Origin: Candidatus Bathyarchaeota archaeon
Lineage (GTDB): Archaea > Thermoproteota > Bathyarchaeia > Bathyarchaeales > Bathycorpusculaceae
Direction: 5' to 3'
Length of the DNA stretch: 64,000 nt
Assembly: GCA_963827165.1 (NCBI GenBank)
Contig: CAWGZR010000003.1
Coordinates: forward strand, 96,001-160,000
The number at the start of each line of letters is the position of its first letter. Position 1 is the stretch's first letter. Under the pieces are notes generated by a model that searched no databases, was not told the origin of the DNA, and saw only the letters and a program-made list of their open reading frames with translations. Positions 1 through 9,973 of this stretch are shown here, in pieces. The position numbers and the translations under genes are program-made.

Positions 1-72
1 CATCATCCCCCATCGAATCAACACCGTCCCAGACTAAAAGGGCTTTGGTAAAGAGAGAGATGAAAAATGAAC
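1..72. repeat. Copy 1 (truncated by window edge) of a hairpin-containing intergenic repeat; copy 2 at about 1022-1106
   Basis: catcatcccccatcgaatcaacaccgtcccag...ggg.tttgg...agatgaaaaat closely matches 1034-1106. Confidence 0.75.
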
Positions 73-213
73 AGAAAAATAAGTTGTTGAGCCAATGGAT
101 GCGAAAGCGAAAGACGATTATAATACAGGACCAAAATTCAAAACATGACGCGAAGATACTGAACCAAATACATTAGTCCAAAAAAAAAAATTAGGAAAGA
201 GAGTGCGCTTTTT

Positions 214-492
214 TCACTGACACTCTCGTAAAGTTTTTACATGAGAGAGAGGGACATTCAAGTTGATTACGTGACCATATGCTTGTACAAGGTTCAAGGG
301 AATGCAGACATAAACGTTCCCCATAATGGGCTTTTTGAATCTAAGTTCGTTTGCCGCTTCCTTCGTCAAGTCAACCCGTAGATGTGTTATTGTTGCCTTT
401 TCAATATCAAATTCTATTCCGTCAACATCACCAAGTGAGTAAGCATCCGTGGTCACAACTTTTTTCCCGTTTAAATCTTTTAAATTTACCAA
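214..492 (-). CDS. PRC-barrel domain protein
   Basis: DLNGKKVVTTDAYSLGDVDGIEFD...IPLNLVQAYGHVI fits the PRC-barrel pattern; SD-like GGAG upstream. Confidence 0.8.
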   Translation of the reverse strand: MVNLKDLNGKKVVTTDAYSLGDVDGIEFDIEKATITHLRVDLTKEAANELRFKKPIMGNVYVCIPLNLVQAYGHVINLNVPLSHVKTLRECQ

Positions 493-602
493 AAATTAAG
501 TCTCCTTAATAGAAAGAAACCGATTCTAACAATAAAAGTTTTCGGATACTTTCAAGGATGAGCTTTTGGCTCGATAATATGCGGGTGGGGGTTTTCTATT
601 TA

Positions 603-791
603 TCAATGTTCAGGCAGTACTTTTTCAAATATAAACCATCCAAGAAGGCTTAAGCCTACAAATGACCCTGCTCCCAATAGAGCGGCTGTTCCTAAATTAC
701 TACGGTATGTACCTACCAAAACAACAGCAACAACAACTACAAAAACAAAGTATCCAATTTCAGATATTTTTATCCAATGATTCGAAGACAC
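603..791 (-). CDS. Small two-helix membrane protein
   Basis: 62 aa with two hydrophobic segments. Confidence 0.55.
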   Translation of the reverse strand: MSSNHWIKISEIGYFVFVVVVAVVLVGTYRSNLGTAALLGAGSFVGLSLLGWFIFEKVLPEH

Positions 792-1021
792 TCCATACGC
801 CCCCTAACATATTATGTTAAGTAGGTATGCTGTTTATTAATTTAGCCCATGAAAACATTACCAAAGACTTGGTGTTTTTTCGAAAGATTTTCTAATTAAC
901 TCTACCCGACTCAAGATATATGGAAGAGAAAAACTCCTAAAAGTTTATAACTAGATTAGAACAATAAGAACATAATGAACAAGAATAAGTAAAGATATAC
1001 AGAAATTACTAAGCCGTAGGG

Positions 1022-1106
1022 CTGGGACGGCGACATCATCCCCCAACGGATCAAACACCGTCCCAGTGCTTTTAGGGATTTGGCGAAAAATGTAAGATGA
1101 AAAATA
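1022..1106. repeat. Copy 2 of hairpin repeat (ctgggacgg...ccgtcccag stem), candidate minus-strand structured RNA
   Basis: 9-bp perfect stem plus inner stem; near-duplicate at 1-72. Confidence 0.7.
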
Positions 1107-1208
1107 AACCAAGAATTAATTAAAAAACTGTTGGAACACTCCCAAGAAGAAACCAAATACCCTGACTTTTAATTTAAGAGAAATCATAATTCATATAGTG
1201 GGTTTAAT

Positions 1209-1775
1209 ATGAAAAAAGCAAATCATGTAAATGTCAAAGAGATGAGTTTTGATCAACTATTTAGACAAATTTCTCCGGAAGAAATTTGCGATAATGTATT
1301 CACATTGGTTGGAAAAGTTTTTGCGGTTGTTACTGCGGGTAAGGAAGATCATTATAATTCTATGACAGCCAGTGGGGGTGGTTTGGGGGTTCTTTTAAGG
1401 AAACCTACAAGTTGGTTAATTCTTCAAGCAAACCGTTATACGCTTGAATTGATTCAAAAAGAGCAGACATATACGATGTCTTACTTTCCGGATGAATATA
1501 AGAAACAAATACTCTTTTTGGGACGTAAATCTGGAAGAGATAGTGAGAAAATGAAAGAAGTTGAATTGACAAGTGTTCAAACTTCTTCCGGGGATATGTC
1601 TTTCAAAGAGGCCCGGCTAATTATTGAATGTAAATTAACGGCGCTTACTACCGCCAGTCCCGATGATTTTTACACGCAAGAAGCGAAAGATTTCATAAAT
1701 GACGCTTACAGGGAAGCAAAGGTTTATCGCAAATATGTATTTGGGGAAATCACCCATGTTTGGGTAAAAAAATAA
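1209..1775 (+). CDS. Flavin reductase-like (FMN-binding split barrel) protein
   Basis: VTAG...YNSMTAS..G, RYTLELI, GRKSGRD, EARLIIECK, VFGEI motifs. Confidence 0.85.
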   Translation: MKKANHVNVKEMSFDQLFRQISPEEICDNVFTLVGKVFAVVTAGKEDHYNSMTASGGGLGVLLRKPTSWLILQANRYTLELIQKEQTYTMSYFPDEYKKQILFLGRKSGRDSEKMKEVELTSVQTSSGDMSFKEARLIIECKLTALTTASPDDFYTQEAKDFINDAYREAKVYRKYVFGEITHVWVKK

Positions 1776-1961
1776 GAATAAACCAGAATCAACGAAGAGA
1801 ATGAACTGACATCTCTTCTACTTACAAGAAACAGAGTTTGAGCACAGAGAGGTTGATTCAAGCGGACTCTTGTGCTTATTGAACAAACGTTCATGAGCAT
1901 TGACATTTTTTTACTTAGTTACTGTTAGATAAGTAGCCGCCCAGACAGTTTCCGTTTTGTC

Positions 1962-2300
1962 TCATGCAACTAATGGCAATGATCCCGATGTTTGAGGTGC
2001 AGTTCCTGTTACGACAAGTTTACCGTTTGCGTCAGTAGTTCCTGCAGCAAAACATGTATTTACATTCTGATTTACCGTCCAGCCGTCGATTTCTGTATTG
2101 GCTGGAAAACCCGTAAGAGTGGCAGTATATTGCCCTCCAGCAGTAACTGAATGTGAACTCAACGAGATTGACGGTTTCTGCGCAGACGAGTGATACGGTA
2201 CTACAATTGATACCGAGTATCCTACGGCTAATCCAATAACTAAACCTAAAAGCGCGAAGGCGACTACTCCTTTTTTGTTCAAGAAGGTTCTCCTCCTCAA
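1962..2300 (-). CDS. Membrane-anchored/secreted small Ig-like protein, possibly C-terminally truncated
   Basis: N-terminal basic plus hydrophobic segment; LTGFPANT...GTTDANGKL beta-rich domain. Confidence 0.55.
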   Translation of the reverse strand: MRRRTFLNKKGVVAFALLGLVIGLAVGYSVSIVVPYHSSAQKPSISLSSHSVTAGGQYTATLTGFPANTEIDGWTVNQNVNTCFAAGTTDANGKLVVTGTAPQTSGSLPLVA

Positions 2301-2383
2301 AAATCACAAAAACTCAAAAGGAATTTCTTTTTCATTAATAATTCCCAATTAGTTTTATTGTTGCTCGGCGTATTTAAAATCTG

Positions 2384-3559
2384 TTGTACGCAGTAAAATA
2401 CGTCAGTTTATTTGAGGGGAACCTCTATTGGCATCAATTAACCTCTCCGCGAAACCTTAAATGCAATCAATTAATATTTTACATGGGATTTCGCACGAAA
2501 GAAGATAGCGAGTTAGAAAAAGATCATGCACTTCACAGGAGCTCAGTCCCAAACAGAACTGAAAAATACTCTGATTTGTACGAAGATTTTGATGAAGCAT
2601 TCATTGTGGTAGATTGGGATTTAGTTATTATACATTGGAATAAAGCCGCAGAGAGAGTTACAACAATTAAAGCCCAAAATGCGTTAGGGAAAAGAATTAA
2701 CGATGTCTTGCCTGAAATGACGACTGTCGACTTTGCGCCTTACTTAACCTTACTTCAACAAAGAAGACGCGCCCGTTTCATGATGAATGTAACAAGCAGA
2801 GAAACCCAAAAGCCCTCCATATTCGAGGTCTCCATGTATCCTTCGGAACAAGGAATAATAATAGTGGTTGAAGATAAGACCGAAGAAGAGAAAATAACAC
2901 GGTTGTCAGCTATTGGTGCAACAGCTGGCATGGTCGGTCACGATATACGTAATCCATTACAAGCAATTACGGGAGACCTTTACTTGCTTAATGAATCGTT
3001 AAAAGCGATGCCAGAATCAGAAACTAAAAAAGAAGTTATAGAGAGCTTAGAAGACATAGAGACAAATGTTAACTACATTAACAAAATTGTTGCAGATTTG
3101 CAAGATTATTCTCGTTCCTTAAAACCAGAATATTCAAACTTTGACCTGGCAACCTTGATAACAAGCGTTATGCAAACTGTTAGTCGCCAGAATAATTTAG
3201 CAGTTTCATTAAATATTGAGTCGCCATTTTTCATCAAGTCAGACCATGCAATAATTAGGCGAGTCTTAACCAACCTAATCGTAAATGCTATACAAGCTAT
3301 GCCAAGTGGGGGCAAATTAACCATAAGCAGTTACAGAACAGACAATAATGTGCGGATTTTAGTTGAAGACACGGGTGTTGGCATTCCTGAGGAGATTAAG
3401 CCCAAGTTGTTTTCGCCTATGCTTACTACCAAAGCGAAAGGTCAAGGCTTAGGTTTAGCTGTTGTAAAACGCTTAGTTGAGGCCTTAAAGGGGACAATAA
3501 GTTTTGAGAGCGAAGAGGGGAAAGGAACAAAATTCATTATTCAGCTTCCAGAAAATTAG
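2384..3559 (+). CDS. PAS-domain sensor histidine kinase (true start probably about 2483)
   Basis: PAS (WNKAAERVT), H-box GHDIRNPL, N-box NLIVNAIQA, G1 DTGVGI, G2 GQGLGL. Confidence 0.93.
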   Translation: MYAVKYVSLFEGNLYWHQLTSPRNLKCNQLIFYMGFRTKEDSELEKDHALHRSSVPNRTEKYSDLYEDFDEAFIVVDWDLVIIHWNKAAERVTTIKAQNALGKRINDVLPEMTTVDFAPYLTLLQQRRRARFMMNVTSRETQKPSIFEVSMYPSEQGIIIVVEDKTEEEKITRLSAIGATAGMVGHDIRNPLQAITGDLYLLNESLKAMPESETKKEVIESLEDIETNVNYINKIVADLQDYSRSLKPEYSNFDLATLITSVMQTVSRQNNLAVSLNIESPFFIKSDHAIIRRVLTNLIVNAIQAMPSGGKLTISSYRTDNNVRILVEDTGVGIPEEIKPKLFSPMLTTKAKGQGLGLAVVKRLVEALKGTISFESEEGKGTKFIIQLPEN

Positions 3560-3585
3560 GCATCTAAAAGCTTAAAACTAGCCAG

Positions 3586-3831
3586 CTATGATGTGAATTT
3601 AGCATCGCGGGCGTAGAGTGAACGTAATCTTAACGCGAACCATCCTGCACTGACCAGAAGGAATACGCTGTCTCCGAGGTTCGGTAATAGTGGGTAGTAA
3701 ACAAGGTGATTAAAGAAGGTTGGAAGTTTTAAAGCGTAACCGGCGATTCCGAAGAGACATGTCATATCGACGCAACTCATGAGCAGTTGTCTTCCCGTTC
3801 TAGGAATCCATGGATAAGATACTCTTCGCAT
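3586..3831 (-). CDS. Small membrane protein
   Basis: ATG with purine-rich SD; two hydrophobic helices. Confidence 0.55.
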   Translation of the reverse strand: MRRVSYPWIPRTGRQLLMSCVDMTCLFGIAGYALKLPTFFNHLVYYPLLPNLGDSVFLLVSAGWFALRLRSLYARDAKFTS

Positions 3832-4006
3832 TTGCCTTCTCCCTCACGAAGATTGAGTGCACAGCCTTAATCTATTTTTGCAAACCTCAAATCTTAATAT
3901 TACAAACATCCTGTCAGCTTTCAACATCACTTGGTCAACCGTAAAATACGAGAAATTAAGCGGCAAAAATGGATTCAAAAAAGAAAAAAAAGAAAGTTTT
4001 TTGGTT

Positions 4007-4696
4007 TTAGACGGGTGTTGGTGTTGATGGTGGTGGTGGCGTCATGTATGTTGCAGGGGGTTGTTCCATTTGCTTTTTAATCTGGAAGAATGCGATAGCC
4101 ATCAGTAGCACTCCAACCCACATTATGATAACGCCTATGATGACTATTGTCAACGCTGCACCGATTATCAGCAGAAGAGATGCAGTTGAGAATAAGCCTG
4201 TGCCTGATTTGGTTGCAAGCATTTTTAGTGATTTTCTAGCAAGGAACGCCCAGAGGATTAGGAAAATCCAAAAAATCACAAAAGCCACAAGTGCTCCTGC
4301 TAACAACGAAAAGATAGTGCTGGTGCTTACGTTTGATGTGTTTGGTGTCATGCCGGAAAGCGATGAAATTGACGTCCATTTGCCGTTCCATGTTGGATAA
4401 AGATCTTGAAGCAGAGTTTTCAGATTACTTAAAACTGCGACAAGAACCACTACGCCCGCTATGACAGCGCCTACTACTCCGGCGATAAGTCCGTACAAAG
4501 AATAGTTGAATATTCCTTTTTCATTGTAGATATTTGCTAAACCGTGCAATGCAATCAGAATTAAAATTATGCCGATGATTCCGATTATCCCAAAAGTAAT
4601 TTCGCCAATGTATGGAAGTACTCCAATAAGCAGCAGAATAGTGCCAACACCGCCCAAAGTCTTGCTTGATTCAAGAGTCAAAGTTTTTTGCCTCAT
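4007..4696 (-). CDS. DUF996-like archaeal membrane protein
   Basis: ESSKTLGGVG..LLL, IF..SLYG, SGTGLF.TA..L..IGA.LTI..IG; Pro-rich tail. Confidence 0.8.
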   Translation of the reverse strand: MRQKTLTLESSKTLGGVGTILLLIGVLPYIGEITFGIIGIIGIILILIALHGLANIYNEKGIFNYSLYGLIAGVVGAVIAGVVVLVAVLSNLKTLLQDLYPTWNGKWTSISSLSGMTPNTSNVSTSTIFSLLAGALVAFVIFWIFLILWAFLARKSLKMLATKSGTGLFSTASLLLIIGAALTIVIIGVIIMWVGVLLMAIAFFQIKKQMEQPPATYMTPPPPSTPTPV

Positions 4697-4826
4697 GTTT
4701 TTTGCGTCTTATTAAGAATAAAAGCTTTTCCATGCCTAGCGCTAACCAGCTGAGAAATGATGCAAGTTAATGGAGCAAGAGACTGACTGAAGAGACAGCA
4801 GCGTTAGATTTCAAAGCACAAAGTCG

Positions 4827-5582
4827 TTAACAAGCGCTCTTTTTCTTAGTTTTGGCTGACAACAGCAACAAAGCCGCCGAAGTAACTGTGATAACGATCA
4901 ATATCGCGATGCCTGAAAGTTCAGGGACAGACGATGTGGCGGTGGGCGTGGTGCTTGAGGAAGGCGTGGAAGAAGACGAGGCGGATGTTGTTGAAGTTGG
5001 GGCTGAAGATGGCGAGCTTGAGCTTGATGTGGTGTAGACGCTACCGTTTACTACCATGGCGCTTATGGGTTGGGAGGTTTCGCCTGAACCTGGTGCTGCG
5101 TAGCTAGCTAGCTGCGGTGCAGATGACGTGGATGATATGAGCGTCAAAGCAGATGATCCAGTGCTTGTTACGGTAAATGTTAACGTTGCTAGGGTTCCAC
5201 TTCCACTAAACGCCCCAGCGGGGTTCTCGGAGGTTGCTATAAGATTATATTCGCCTATGGATTGATCAGCGGACTCTTGAACAAACAATATCGGGCCATT
5301 TAGGATGCCTGCGCCGTTGGAAACTGGTACGAAAGTCTGGTTGCTGACAAGTTTCAGCATGGATGTATCCCAAGTAAGGGCGATATCTATTCCGTAGAGG
5401 TTCTGGACGTTGTTAATTTGGATGTTAACCTTTAAAGTCTGGCCGACCGCAACCAAGTTACTTTGGGGAGAAATGCTTATCGTGGTGGTTTGAGCCTTAA
5501 CAATGTGAGTAGGCAAAACGACAAATAATGCAGCAACAAATAGCAGCATAACTAAACCAGTTTTCAGATGTTTAACCTGCAT
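4827..5582 (-). CDS. Cohesin-domain cell-surface protein with S/T linker and PEF-CTERM-like anchor
   Basis: Signal peptide; VGQTLKVNIQINNVQNLYGIDIALTWDTSML...GSGTLATLTF cohesin pattern; VPEL + TM + basic tail. Confidence 0.8.
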   Translation of the reverse strand: MQVKHLKTGLVMLLFVAALFVVLPTHIVKAQTTTISISPQSNLVAVGQTLKVNIQINNVQNLYGIDIALTWDTSMLKLVSNQTFVPVSNGAGILNGPILFVQESADQSIGEYNLIATSENPAGAFSGSGTLATLTFTVTSTGSSALTLISSTSSAPQLASYAAPGSGETSQPISAMVVNGSVYTTSSSSSPSSAPTSTTSASSSSTPSSSTTPTATSSVPELSGIAILIVITVTSAALLLLSAKTKKKSAC

Positions 5583-6544
5583 TTTTCTTCGCCTTTGTCT
5601 GTTCTACGATATGCACTATTTTATCCCTTCCCTTTTTAACCCTTCGAACTTTCCCCTCACGTTCGAGAGCTGACACTAACTGACTCGTTTTAGCCTTTGA
5701 AAACTTGCATTGCTCAGTAATAGCAGACTGGTAAACCCCGCCGACACTTGAGCGAATCACACGCAAAACCTTCTCCTCCTCATTTTCGGGCAAGGTCAAA
5801 GTCGGCATCACTGGCGCCACTTTGATTTTTGAACGGCGATTCACAAAGAAAAACCACATTGCAACAATTGCTGCAACCGCCACCACGACTGCCACCACCG
5901 AGACCTGGACGTAAGGAGAATGGCTGGACAGAATCTGACTTGGCTGTGCCTTGAGATTTAAGGACGATTTGAGGATTCTCAGTCACAAAAAACTGAGTCC
6001 CAAGCCACTCCAAAGTTTGCGTAGAGAGGTCTTGTTGGTCAGGCTTTGGCGTAACCGTTTCTAAAGTGTAATTTGCTGGATAAATGATTTGGAGTACGCC
6101 GTCCCCGTACAAACGATCAAAGAAACCGTTTACGCCGAAAACGTCACTAACCACGAGTTGCCCTTGTCTTGCCAAGCTAAAATTCGACCAGGTGAAACTG
6201 TAGGCTGTGGTCTTAGAGTTATTTGACGAATTGACTGTGCTCATTTGAAACGTGGTGCTTGCCACGCCCATTTGACGATTGGTTTGATTCGCTGCAGTAT
6301 CAACCAGCGAAGTTACCTTACCTTCAAATCCCACAAATGTGTCAACCGGGCCGTTAGGATTTGAAACCTGAGTAATGGTCCAATTAGCTGAGCCGTCGGC
6401 GTTAAGCTGGATCATATATTGGGTTATAGTAGTTTGAGCTTTTACGCTACTTGAAAACGCAACTATTAAGATAAGCGCGATGGCCAAAATTATGGCTATT
6501 GAAGTTCGACGCTTCATTTGAACCTGTATAGGCATTGCGACCAT
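5572..6544 (-). pseudogene. Membrane-anchored transcriptional regulator (extracellular domain-TM-wHTH, COG2512-like), split by a frameshift near 5900-5935
   Basis: ORF 5780-6544 (signal peptide plus extracellular domain) continues in another frame as 5572-5898 (TM plus EEKVLRVI..QSAI..FSKAKTSQLVSALEREGKVRR HTH). Confidence 0.75.
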
Positions 6545-6840
6545 ATGTTATTTAAGGATTGCAGAAAGATAATCAGTCTTCTAAATTCATGTTCTGCTCT
6601 TCCCGCGCGGAATGTTCTGATGGTTTTATCGTCGGGAATCGGGCCACATCATTTAAGCTTATGGATAAGCCGATAAACCATTACGCAAAGAAACAAGGCC
6701 ATTAAAACAATTAAGGAACATAGATAAACGTTCGTGAACTAAAATGAACGGTCTATTAGCCTATAATCAAAAAATAGCCCCAGAAAGCCTTTTATTTTCG
6801 GCAAAACAAGAGCTAAATTAAATAAAAAGGTTGATCAAAA

Positions 6841-7680
6841 ATGAAAAGCAAATTTGGAATAATATTGCTAGCGATTCTCGCAGTAAGTTCACTGAGTCTC
6901 TGCGCAGGTGCATTCGCAAATCCATTTATGAGCTACACTACAGTTCCAACAGGTCCAACCACAGGCGCAACTGCCGTTGGCCTTCAGCGGAACTCCGTAC
7001 GCCTGTACGGTTCCTTGACGGAATGGCAAACTACCCCCACTGCAACCCCAATATTAGGTGCAATCGAAGTATTGGCCCGAACACAGGTCGGACCTAAAAA
7101 CACAATACAAGGATACGCAGCAGGAGCCATCTGGACTACAAACACGACACGGCCAATCGCAGCAGTCAGAACCCGCGAAAACTTCACCTACACCTTCGAC
7201 ACAGCAAGGCTAGTTGATGGTAACTTTTCAGCATTAGACTTTAACGGTAACGCTTTCTTCCTCAATGGTACATGGAACGTTTGGAGCATCACCGAAACCT
7301 TCACTATTAGAACTGACGACACCACTGGGCGCATAATCTCGATCAACAGTAATCAAAACGCAGTGCCGCTTGCGACAGATGCCTATGGGAACGTTACTGT
7401 GCCATCCGGATGGAGCACTCTCACTCTTGCAATTACCGGTATACCGTCGCTAACTGGGAAGGTTATAGCTGAATATACAACCTCTGCAGTCTTTAACCCG
7501 TTCATGCTCGGCATGGATAGCAGTTCAACTACCGTAACTAAAGCTGACCTCAAAAGCATCATAAACGCCTACGGATCAATGCCCGGCTGGGGCAACTACA
7601 ACATCAACATGGACTACAGCATGCACTATAGAATCGACATCTGCGACCTTTCAACAGCAGCAGCAAATCTCAACGCCTAA
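6841..7680 (+). CDS. Secreted protein with C-terminal dockerin-like domain
   Basis: Signal peptide; C-terminal VTKADLKSIINAYGS.PG..NYN..MDY..YRIDICDL duplicated EF-hand-like motif. Confidence 0.7.
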   Translation: MKSKFGIILLAILAVSSLSLCAGAFANPFMSYTTVPTGPTTGATAVGLQRNSVRLYGSLTEWQTTPTATPILGAIEVLARTQVGPKNTIQGYAAGAIWTTNTTRPIAAVRTRENFTYTFDTARLVDGNFSALDFNGNAFFLNGTWNVWSITETFTIRTDDTTGRIISINSNQNAVPLATDAYGNVTVPSGWSTLTLAITGIPSLTGKVIAEYTTSAVFNPFMLGMDSSSTTVTKADLKSIINAYGSMPGWGNYNINMDYSMHYRIDICDLSTAAANLNA

Positions 7681-7861
7681 ACAAAACTTCCTTTCTTTTC
7701 TTTATTTTAAAACCCGTTTTTGAAAAACATTCTCCCATGGAGTAGCATTCAGATTGCAGCCTTCTGTAAACGACTTAAAAAGCAAATAATATTGCTTCTG
7801 AGATTTTAAGCAGTTAAATTAAAATTCGCTTGCCATATATTTCAATGGGAACGGCTATAAT

Positions 7862-8044
7862 ATGACGGACGCAGAAAAAACCATCGATAAAAGTGATGAG
7901 CGCAAACCCGTCCAATTGCCGTGCCGGTGCGTTTACAAGGATGGCGGCTGGATGTTGATGCGTGTTAAAGAGTGTGAGTACCATAAACGCAGGAGAACAA
8001 CCAAGCGTCCATATCGGCTTAAAGCTGAATGTGTGAGACCATAA
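7862..8044 (+). CDS. Small basic putative zinc-binding protein
   Basis: CxC...CxxH, Lys/Arg-rich, ATG start. Confidence 0.5.
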   Translation: MTDAEKTIDKSDERKPVQLPCRCVYKDGGWMLMRVKECEYHKRRRTTKRPYRLKAECVRP

Positions 8045-8116
8045 GTGAAATCTGAAGCCCCGCATCAATATTGAAATTCTGGTTTTTTTCCACAAGACAT
8101 TTAACAGTCAAAAAAG

Positions 8117-9301
8117 ATGTTGAAAGACACATTGACAAACTACGAATCAGTCGTCAGGAAGAAATCGCCGCGTTCTGGTCAAATTCTTAAGATTTCGCTG
8201 CAAGCAATCTTTATGATTGCCATTTTGGTAGCCTTGCTGTGGTATGTAGGCACAACTGTCCCGTCCACCTATCATCCTGGAGAAACGACGATTCTCAAAG
8301 GCGTAGATTACATTTACAATACCATACTCACTATCAAACTTGAGTACTTGGCTCTTGCTTTCTTAATGTACTTTGGAATAAACTTCCTCTTCACAGTCAG
8401 GCTAAGACGTGTCCTCTCCAAAAACGGTGTACACACTTCGTTTGGCAAAACGCTGCTCGCTCAGTATGCCGGGATGCTAACCAGCGATGTTACGCCGGGA
8501 CGTTCAGGCTACATTCTTACACCAGTCTACTTAAGAGATCAGGATGTGCCAACATCAAAAAGCCTCTCAAGCGTTTTAGGTATCCAAACATTTGAGTTTC
8601 TAATTAAGGTCGCCGGCGGAATTGGCGCGGTTGTTTTATTGGTGACCACTGTTCCAGCAAAAACATGGGCTGCCATATTTCCAACTCAGATTGCAGGCGT
8701 CAACATTGGATTGATTCTGGCCGTCCTTGGAATAAGTTTGATGATGGTTGGGGCAATTATCCTTGCCGCTTTCACTTGGTCAAAGCGCGCCATCTCACTA
8801 TTTGATCGAATCGCCAACTGGAGATTCCTCAAAAGATTCACAGGCGGCTTAATGGGAAAGCTAGAGGAATACAAAGAAAGCTCAAGCTGTACAAGTAGAG
8901 CAATCCCGGAAATACTTGGTTTAACCGTTTCGTGCTGGGTCATAAAAGGTTTTGAATGGTGGTTTTTAGGCTACGCATTAGGAATCTCACAGTTGTCGTG
9001 GTCGTGGTGGCTAGCCTTCTTCTTGATACATCCATTGGTAACTGCACTCGCTTTCATACCCATTACTCCAGCGGGAATAGGTGTACAGGAATTCGGAATA
9101 GTCGGAATCCTTGGGCTCCTCGGAGTTGCTGCTCCCATAGCAGGCGTATTTGCTCTGATGGCTAGAGGTCTATTAATCTTTGAAGACTTGGCAGGTGTAC
9201 CCCAAATCGTGCGGTCGACAAGCCTAATCTTCTCCCACAAAAAGCCTGATGAACAGCCACTTCCAAGCCCCGGGACACCGCCTCCGATCACACCCGTTTA
9301 G
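8117..9301 (+). CDS. Lysylphosphatidylglycerol synthase TM / UPF0104 flippase-like membrane protein
   Basis: VTPGRSG and PITPAGIGVQE motifs, multiple TM helices. Confidence 0.85.
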   Translation: MLKDTLTNYESVVRKKSPRSGQILKISLQAIFMIAILVALLWYVGTTVPSTYHPGETTILKGVDYIYNTILTIKLEYLALAFLMYFGINFLFTVRLRRVLSKNGVHTSFGKTLLAQYAGMLTSDVTPGRSGYILTPVYLRDQDVPTSKSLSSVLGIQTFEFLIKVAGGIGAVVLLVTTVPAKTWAAIFPTQIAGVNIGLILAVLGISLMMVGAIILAAFTWSKRAISLFDRIANWRFLKRFTGGLMGKLEEYKESSSCTSRAIPEILGLTVSCWVIKGFEWWFLGYALGISQLSWSWWLAFFLIHPLVTALAFIPITPAGIGVQEFGIVGILGLLGVAAPIAGVFALMARGLLIFEDLAGVPQIVRSTSLIFSHKKPDEQPLPSPGTPPPITPV

Positions 9302-9323
9302 CGGAAACGCTTTACCTTAAATT

Positions 9324-9851
9324 GTGTACGTTGCTTATTTCAATGTGAAAGGAGCCCACTTTTTGTCCGACCAGCCTTTGATTAGGAAAATGTTGCAGAA
9401 CGATGCGGACAAGCTAAAGGAAATTGTAAGTTTATCTTTTTCAAGGTTTATGGGGTTCTTTGCCGTCCATAGCTTGTTTTCGGAAGATGGGCAGGTGCTT
9501 GTGTGCGAGACGCAAGGGGCATTGGTTGGGTTCGCTAAATTAATCGATTTCAAAGTAGGCGGCAGCAAATTCGGCTGCATACTTTGGATTGCGGTTCACC
9601 CTGATTTTCGCCGAAAAGGCGTCGCGAGCGCGCTCACGAACGCTGGGCTGCAGTGTCTTAAAGGCGATGGAGCAAAAGCGGTTTTTGCTTCAACCCAAAG
9701 ACGAAACATTCGCGCCCAACGCGTCCTGCAACAAGCGGGTTTCAACAAGATGGGTTTTGTTGATCTTTGGCGTATTTTCAAGGGGCGCGTATTCGCGTTT
9801 TACGGCGATATTTGGCTTGCCCCAGGGGAAATCGTGTTGATGCACAATTAA
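9324..9851 (+). CDS. GNAT family N-acetyltransferase
   Basis: IAVHPDFRRKGVA acetyl-CoA motif; N..A...LQQAGF. Confidence 0.9.
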   Translation: MYVAYFNVKGAHFLSDQPLIRKMLQNDADKLKEIVSLSFSRFMGFFAVHSLFSEDGQVLVCETQGALVGFAKLIDFKVGGSKFGCILWIAVHPDFRRKGVASALTNAGLQCLKGDGAKAVFASTQRRNIRAQRVLQQAGFNKMGFVDLWRIFKGRVFAFYGDIWLAPGEIVLMHN

Positions 9852-9973
9852 CCTTGACCCGTTCGCCGTCTGCATATGTCCATCAATAAGCTTTGCCGTT
9901 GAAAAGCCAATTTGCGTAAGTTTCGGGTCGACGAAACTTTATATCTAATCATCTTTTTACGGTTTTATCAGAT

